From Zygophlyctis sp. KS116 (lineage: Eukaryota > Fungi > Chytridiomycota), in the NCBI GenBank assembly GCA_054661495.1, contig BAAFSQ010000274.1, forward strand, positions 1 through 13,205: DNA of 13,205 nucleotides, read 5' to 3'. The notes below the pieces were generated by a model. It had not been told where the DNA came from and searched no databases. It was given only the letters and a program-made list of their open reading frames with translations. The position numbers were made by a program, and so were the translations under genes. Positions within the stretch are counted from its first letter, which is position 1. Each line of letters opens with the position of its first letter. Below, in pieces: positions 6,899-13,205 of the stretch.

Positions 6899-9800
6899 AT
6901 GTATCATGCCGCAATTCTCAAGCATGAAAGCAGTTCAGAATCCAATCAATTACTAGTACAAAAACTCAAGAAAAATATAGCTGAACTCAAGGATATCATG
7001 GAACTCGCAATCAGAGAAGATAATTATGCTCTTGAAGATTCTACTCGAGCCAAGCTTCGGGCAATGGTATCTATTAACAATCAACTTAATGCATTAGAAA
7101 AGTCAATTGGAGCAAGTTCAAGATACTTTTTTATCAGATGTGTTGCATAATTTCGTCACTGATTGGCAACATAAGCTATCTGATGCGCTTCCCAATTATT
7201 TATACCAAAGAGTAATTTATCATGAATTTTAAAAACTAAAGGATGAATGCATTCATGCACTTAAAGAACCGTTTCAAGTTACATTTAGAAAAGTGATCGA
7301 TTACATTCCGCTCAGTTATCATGACGCGATTATTAGATCTTTGATTGTAATTTTGCCATCTGAAGGAACTTCTCTGGTACATACTTATGGTTGGGATTTT
7401 TTTTCAAAGAAAATCAAGTTTTATGATCCAAGCAATCCTGAAACTTCAGAATTTCTTAAAAGTTTAGCGTATTTGATGATAATAGATGCAATCGCAAAGT
7501 CTTTGGAGTCTTTAGATGCGAAAAATATCAAGAGAGATACAATTTATGCTTTATTGACTAATGGATTTCTTTACATTCGAAATATAGTCGGGAAAAGAAA
7601 TATATATGACTATGATCAACTTCTATATCAAGAAACAATAAGAAGATGGACAGTAATTTTTGGTGAATTGGCAAAATTTGAGTAATTTAATTTTTCTAAT
7701 ATTATAATAGAAGGCTTGAATTTTATAGGCAAATTACGACTTTTTTTGAAAAGTCGAAAAAAATCTCACCAGAAGAAATCAATCAAGTTCTTTTTACCGC
7801 CAAATTTGTATTTGGAAGACCGAAAGATGCTTTTTCTGTTTCTTCTTTTGTTGGATTAATGAATGAAATTCTCAATTTTTTCAACAAAAATAAAAAGGTC
7901 CAGATCAAAATCCAGGCGATAAATTCCCTTCAACGGATGGTGGCTGCTCTTTCATTCACTGTTGCGGAAAGAGAAATACGTGGAGAAGATGCAGATATTT
8001 GGATCAATGTTTCAAAGCTTCATCAACTTGCTAGAAAATGGTTATCTTTTTCAGATTTAACTTGGCCGTCTCTTCAGCTAATTGCCACAATTTTGAGCAA
8101 TGGCCCGTCTGATTATTTCGATGCACATTTAGAGCCTTTTTTGCAGGCCGATGTTTTGTCTGGCAGAAAAATGAAGCCACATTCTTATGATGCGATTTTA
8201 GCTCTGTTAAGGGGGAGATATCAGATTGACGCACTTGATCAGGCTTGGAAGGCGCTTTATCATACGCCCGAACCAGAATTGGCATTTTCGTTTCTAATGC
8301 GTCCAATTTCTGAGCTTAGTCCCACTTCTGTTTCGGAGCGATTAGATTCAATAGCAGATATCCTATTTATATCAAGGACCTCTCAAATCGAATTTGAATC
8401 TCTGGCTGTTTGTGCAGAAATCATGGCTCAAATGGCAGCATACAGGTAAAGACTATATATGTTCATAGATAGCTTGGAATATGGCTCAAAACTAATTGTG
8501 CGTATTCTTGATATGAATCCTGATGTAGGAAATATTGATATTATTTATATAGCTATTAAAGCATATCGAATAATTACAGATCCTGATTGCGGATTCTTTA
8601 AAAGGGCCGCATGTTCAACTGATGATAATTTTTCTGATCTGTACAGTGAATTGATGACACTATTTGAGCCAAGAATTCTTAAAATATATGAACTGGTTAC
8701 TTCTTTGGCCGGGAGCGATGCTTTAGGTATTTCTCATAGTATTTTTGATCCGGTTTTGGTCGGTAAAGGAAATCAGACAGAGTCTCAAGAGGCACGCACC
8801 GATGTTCAAGAGCTAGAAGTTCTTATAAACATATTCCGTGAGCTTCGACAAACATTCGGGATGGCTTATGGTACAAAATCAGTTGGTGATGCATTTTACA
8901 AATCCGAAGAAGATAATTCTGATTTAGAGGCTTCTATTGATCAAAATGGAAAGATTATGTTTAAATCTGAGAGAGAAATCGACAAGAAGATTGAAAGTTT
9001 CTTAAATAACTGGAAAACATCCTCCGAATCACAGACTTTGAATGCAGAAGACTTTCTAATAGTTCCTCCTGTTGGTGAAAAGCCAAATGATGCTGCTGGA
9101 ACCAGTAAAAAAAATGAAAACGTAATTCTTGCTACTTTTGTGGAACTTTTAAAATTGATTCCCTCTAATCCATATAATGAATTTTTAAAGGGTTCTTATT
9201 TTATCGGAAAAGTATTTTGCCATTCGAATAATTTAATACAATCAACTGCATCAGTGTCTTTTCAAAAGACGATAATATTGCTGCCAAAACATCGATTTAG
9301 GTAATTAAAGCATGAACTGAAATTTATAGTTTTATTCAGGGGTTTCTTACATATTTTTCTAAAGATCCCTTTTTAGATGATAAATCGATTCTTAATGTTC
9401 TTTTGCATCTTTTAGCATTACTCAAAGATTGGGCCGAGGGAGAGATTGATCCGTCTGCATATAGAACAGATGCTATGAAGAAAACATCTAGCAAATTGGA
9501 TGCCCTTATTTTAATATTGCTGGGAAGAGCTAACTCTAGGATCCGTAAAACATGTTTACTGATTCTCATTTACTCAGATAAAGTGTTCAATGTATATATC
9601 GGCCGAAAGGATTCCTCTTTGTTATCTATAATAATAAGAATGGAAAATCGAATCATCAAGGATTCCTTAACAGCTGTAAGTAATGACCACATGACCCCAT
9701 TTGCTATTTCTGACTCAGTTATCAGTGGGCTAGAAGCCGTTGATTTTTTCGAGATAGCATGCAGTAACTATCTTCATTTGTATCGATACTACTACGGATC

Positions 9801-12800
9801 TTTAGCGCGATGTTTTTCAGAATTCAGTGATATTCGATCAATTTGTCATATAAACAAATATCTACACATAATTGTTATGCCTAGACTTCACAAGCACCAT
9901 ACATCGATGATTTCCCTTCTCAACGTTTCAAATGCTCTTATACTGCTTTTGGCCTTTGGGGGTGCGCCGGTATGGTTTTTATATATTTTAAGCATTCTAG
10001 GAGAATTTAGAGGTTCAATACACAATGAAATCAGTCGCAGATGCCACATTTCTTCTCTACTCTAGATATAGGAATCATGTGACCCAGGTATGTCTTGTTA
10101 ACTTACTTTAGATATTTAGAACAGACTTCAATTCTCTATGTACACCCTTCACTTTTGCATCTAGCTATGCACATCCAGCAATTAAACACTTATACATAGC
10201 TGATCTATATTCCAGGTAGGTTACACAGAACGTTTAATATCAACAGTGCTCAAGAATCAAGCGATGAGTTGGCTGTTTACGAAAATATTTTACCTGCTTT
10301 ACAGCAAATAAGCAATGCTGATGATTTCGGACTTTTTTTGGAGGAAAACTCTGCTTCAAAACAAGATTCTATTTTGGAAATATACTTAAAAGTAATTCAC
10401 GAGTTCGCTAGACTCTTCCATGATTATTCATTTATTATTCGTGGTCCGAGAATTAAAATGCGGGCCGCTATAAGCTTTGTTTGGATATTGAAAAGAATAG
10501 CGATCCTTAGTCCTAGGAGGAAAAAACAAAATAGTGTAATGAAGATGTATTGGACATCAGAGTTTCTTGAATTTTCGATTTCTAAAATCTTCCAATGGGA
10601 CACAATTCTTACTGACTTAGAAAATCCTGGCGAAATTATAACGGATCCGGAATTTCGCAATCTCAGGTTTAGGCTGTCTGCCGAAATTGTTGATGCATTT
10701 AAAAGTATTTTAGACTCAAAGCTATTATATGGAGGGACAATGCCAATTGAAATTACGAATTGGCTAATCAATCTAGAAAAGCGCGAACATAAAGCCTTTT
10801 TTTCGACACCAGTTTATCTTTACGAAAATACCATAAGCTATATTTTGGCCGAGGGATATAGGTAGGCTATAGATTTTTGACTTATTCTCATAGTTTTCCA
10901 AAGGTGTGGCATAATCCGTTTATACGCCTTCTTTTTCATCAGGTTTTACCGAACATAGGGGAAACAATTCAGCACAGCAGTCATTCAAAAGTTAACGTGA
11001 GCTTAATACAAATGCTATATCCTCGTAAAATTGATTCCGCTGAATACCCACAGTATAGCACAGATGAATTAGATCGATTAAGGAAGCATTTAGGATCTTT
11101 TCTTTTCACTGGATTATATTATATGCTTCATCATGATAAAATGATAAGGACCCAAAGCTTTTTGTTTGTGAAAAGATTATTCGAATTGTTCGCTGAATCT
11201 GAAACATTCAAAACAGAGGAGTATTTTTCTGAATTTTATGGCGCTATATTCTCAAACCTTTCATTGCCCCTAGAAAATGCAATAATATCAATTAGTGAAA
11301 AAGGTGCAAATCTTTTTCCAGCAGAATCCCCTTCTTTCTTGTTTGAAGCAGTTAGATGCTCGCGATGCATTGCAACGGACAACGTTTTAGTCTCTACGCA
11401 GCGATGGATAATGCAGGTCATGTTGCCTTGGTGTCATCTAATTAAATTGGATAAAGTACACAATGATAGCTTTCAGGGGGAGCTATTTCGATATTTGTTA
11501 GACATGGCATTTTTTGACAGCCAATTCATAGAAAAGATCTCCGACTGCTGGACTGATGCTTGCAAAAATGAAGAAGTTGGAGTTTTAAATGGTATGATTT
11601 TAACAGATGCTATGGTCTATATTTCAGGACTTATTGAAGATATAAGTCGCCCACAATGTGTTCATTTAGTTGGACGTCTCGTACAAAACTCCATAGACAT
11701 CGTTAAAGTTTTGGTATATCATATAAGTCCATCTGCTCTACCATGGAATCAAGAAAATTTAGATACAGGTTCTCTCGCTAAATATTCACCTAATCAAAGG
11801 CAAGCAAAATCATTGATTAAAGAGTATACTATTAACTTATGTGCAGATCTGGAAATATCTATTTCTGAAAGTATTAATGATTATGCTATTTCTTCTCGAT
11901 CAGCTGGACTACTTATAGCAGAATTATTAGTTCAAGAGTTCGCTCTGATGCTCCCATGTATAGCTTCGATTTTAAGCTATGTTCTTCTTCATATGTCGTC
12001 GGCTTTGAGCCATGATGAAGAATCGCCACCATTGCACATCTTCAAAAGTATGATGGAGGGATTTATAGGGTTTCTTCATAGTAGCAGCAGTTTGGAATTG
12101 GAAGCATTTAAGGCATCTAAAATTAAAATTGCAGAATTAATGAAGTGGTTTTCAATCAAGGGCGCAAAAATAGATTTCGATCTCAGAAACATGTATTTTT
12201 TTTGAACTCATTTACATAGAAATAGCACAACTGAATCACGATCGATTATTCATATTTCAAATCTTCTAGAGTCTATAGAGATTATATTTAGCCCGATGAT
12301 CAGAAACATTAAGTCTGAATTGCTATCGGAAGTCACACTGTGGGCATCAGAAGGTTTTGTGGTAAATAATTTTAATCGTTAATTTAAGAGTCCTAATATA
12401 TCAATGACAGCCATAAATATGTCCTATATATTGGTCAATATAGGGAAACCGATTTATACGAATTTTCTCACCTCTAGAATTTTGGACCAGCTATCTGTTC
12501 TTAAAAATTTATCCCAAGAACTACAAGTTAAGGATGATAAATGGCGGCAATTGCCAGAAGGAAAAATAGAGACAAAAAATTCTGCGGTTCAAATCGTAGT
12601 TTCCATACTTTTCTATCATCAGGTAAGAATCTCAATTGATAAAAATAGTCAATCATAAATAAAACATCAGCATCTTTGATATCAAAAATCAAGATTTTAT
12701 TTTGGGTTTCAGTTGGTCTACTCAAATTGTCATTTAATGATTTCCCGGAAATTTACTCAACCGCACTTGAAACATTGGAAAGCTTTATTTCAAAAGGAAA

Positions 12801-13205
12801 AGATGGATCAATGAATTCTGAAGATTTATTTCATGAAGTGATATCTCCAAAATTTCCTGGAGTACTTCAGACAGTCATGAAATCTTTATTTAATGGCCCT
12901 ATTAATGTACAACAAAGGTCTCTCAGTGTTCTGATTATGTCATGGATGTCTCTTACGGGTGATTTCACGGATCCACATAAAACCGGTTTATTTTATACTC
13001 ATATTTATACCACCTTATGGATTATTTCCAGATGTTCTGATTTAAAAAATGTATATATTATGGATGAATCAAAAGAAACAGCTGATGTTATTTCAATTGT
13101 TAAAAAATTCAAACAACTTCTCACTAAACATCAGTCGGACGGATTTTCTACAGCTTTTCACGCCTTATTAGGCAAAGATCTTCAAAATGTCGACTCAATA
13201 CTCGA
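6899..13205 (+). CDS. Divergent TAO3/PAG1/Mor2/Furry-like HEAT/ARM scaffold, 3'-partial, more than 1987 aa. Exons 6899-7066, 7098-7211, 7242-7681, 7711-8445, 8473-9300, 9330-9969, 10001-10087, 10112-10215, 10247-10861, 10894-12192, 12220-12361, 12389-12622 and 12649->13205
   Basis: Twelve GTA-AG introns give one uninterrupted frame to the window end. It is a large all-helical protein with Furry-like segments VLHNFVTDWQHKL, WTVIFGELAKF, TWPSLQLIATIL, MLPWCHLIKL and WTDAC, plus MOR2-PAG1_C-like ILFWVSVGLL...IYSTALETL...FPGVLQTVMKSL. The gene structure is more certain than the family call. Confidence 0.72.
7067..7097 (+). other. Spliceosomal intron, 31 nt, phase 0
   Basis: gtatctattaacaatcaacttaatgcattag; opens the frame KSQLEQVQDTF... 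Confidence 0.78.
7212..7241 (+). other. Spliceosomal intron, 30 nt, phase 0, AAG acceptor, contains an in-frame TAA
   Basis: gtaatttatcatgaattttaaaaactaaag; joins to the frame of ORF 7293. Confidence 0.8.
7682..7710 (+). other. Spliceosomal intron, 29 nt, phase 2
   Basis: gtaatttaatttttctaatattataatag; joins to the frame of ORF 7859. Confidence 0.88.
8446..8472 (+). other. Spliceosomal intron, 27 nt, phase 2
   Basis: gtaaagactatatatgttcatagatag; only the distal TAG (8472) preserves the frame. Confidence 0.85.
9301..9329 (+). other. Spliceosomal intron, 29 nt, phase 2
   Basis: gtaattaaagcatgaactgaaatttatag; joins to the frame of ORF 9403. Confidence 0.88.
9970..10000 (+). other. Spliceosomal intron, 31 nt, phase 0
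   Basis: gtatggtttttatatattttaagcattctag; gives GAP|ENLEVQY. Confidence 0.82.
10088..10111 (+). other. Spliceosomal intron, 24 nt (shortest here), phase 0
   Basis: gtatgtcttgttaacttactttag; the alternative AGs at 10119 and 10124 lead to stops. Confidence 0.85.
10216..10246 (+). other. Spliceosomal intron, 31 nt, phase 2
   Basis: gtaggttacacagaacgtttaatatcaacag; joins to the frame of ORF 10269. Confidence 0.85.
10862..10893 (+). other. Spliceosomal intron, 32 nt (longest here), phase 2
   Basis: gtaggctatagatttttgacttattctcatag; joins to the frame of ORF 10877. Confidence 0.87.
12193..12219 (+). other. Spliceosomal intron, 27 nt, phase 2 (alternative in-frame acceptor at 12225)
   Basis: gtattttttttgaactcatttacatag; contains an in-frame TGA. 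Confidence 0.8.
12362..12388 (+). other. Spliceosomal intron, 27 nt, phase 0, AAG acceptor
   Basis: gtaaataattttaatcgttaatttaag; contains an in-frame TAA and joins to the frame of ORF 12404. Confidence 0.82.
12623..12648 (+). other. Spliceosomal intron, 26 nt, phase 0
   Basis: gtaagaatctcaattgataaaaatag; opens the final frame (SIINKTSASL...ILFWVSVGLL), which runs to the window end. Confidence 0.9.

Noticed and set aside
867-10879. TTG/GTG starts in the ORF track (867, 1814, 2353, 6857, 7293, 9403, 10269, 10877)
   Set aside because: These are artefacts of prokaryote-style ORF calling. The positions lie in introns, in the middle of exons or in intergenic sequence.
4904-12388. All six 3n-length introns contain in-frame stops, taken as independent evidence of NMD selection
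   Set aside because: The argument is circular: a stop-less 3n intron would be invisible without transcript data.
856-12648. Introns as Introner-like mobile elements
   Set aside because: The introns share no sequence beyond the splice signals, and I see no terminal inverted repeats or target-site duplications.
1465-12725. Small alternative-frame or antisense ORFs (1465-1662, 2704-2982, 2999-3181, 4317-4514, 5168-5350, 5892-6089, 6640-6900, 8031-8306, 9336-9569, 10424-10771, 11236-11421, 12528-12725)
   Set aside because: They are short shadows overlapping well-supported genes and have no recognisable motifs.
13051-13075. Intron-like gtatatattatggatgaatcaaaag (25 nt)
   Set aside because: The frame is already open through it, and removing 25 nt would shift the frame.
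6899-13205. The chain of short + strand ORFs read as a pseudogene, a prokaryotic operon or a set of programmed frameshifts
   Set aside because: Every break has a GTA...AG segment of 24-32 nt whose removal restores a single frame.
1-13205. Ciliate origin or stop-codon reassignment, given Paramecium-like intron sizes
   Set aside because: Long exons are stop-free under the standard code, and internal stops fall only within introns. Most breaks also shift frame, which readthrough cannot fix.

Overview
AT-rich eukaryotic nuclear DNA read with the standard genetic code. The gene content suggests an early-diverging (chytrid-like or zoosporic) fungus, but that placement is inference. The fragmented ORF track resolves into six genes once 18 ultra-short GTA...AG spliceosomal introns (24-32 nt, mean about 27.6 nt) are removed, and each join restores the reading frame. 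The genes are: SYP1/FCHo endocytic adaptor (+, 29-1763), UTP17/NAN1/WDR75 (+, 1807-4248), a multi-pass membrane protein with a degenerate J-like domain (-, 4261-5379), EMC8/9 (-, 5418-5992), VAP/SCS2 (-, 6035-6856), and a divergent TAO3/Mor2/Furry-like scaffold (+, 6899 to beyond the window end). By these models about 95% of the window is coding, and the intergenic gaps are only 12-43 bp. The notable signals are architectural: miniature introns with an apparent floor near 24 nt, no phase-1 introns and an excess of stop-creating phase-2 introns, near-constant gaps of about 40 bp upstream of genes, and a 42-bp bidirectional gap packed with CGCG (SBF/MBF/E2F-like) motifs. No mobile elements, RNA genes or CRISPR arrays were seen. 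All homology calls come from motif recognition, not database searches.
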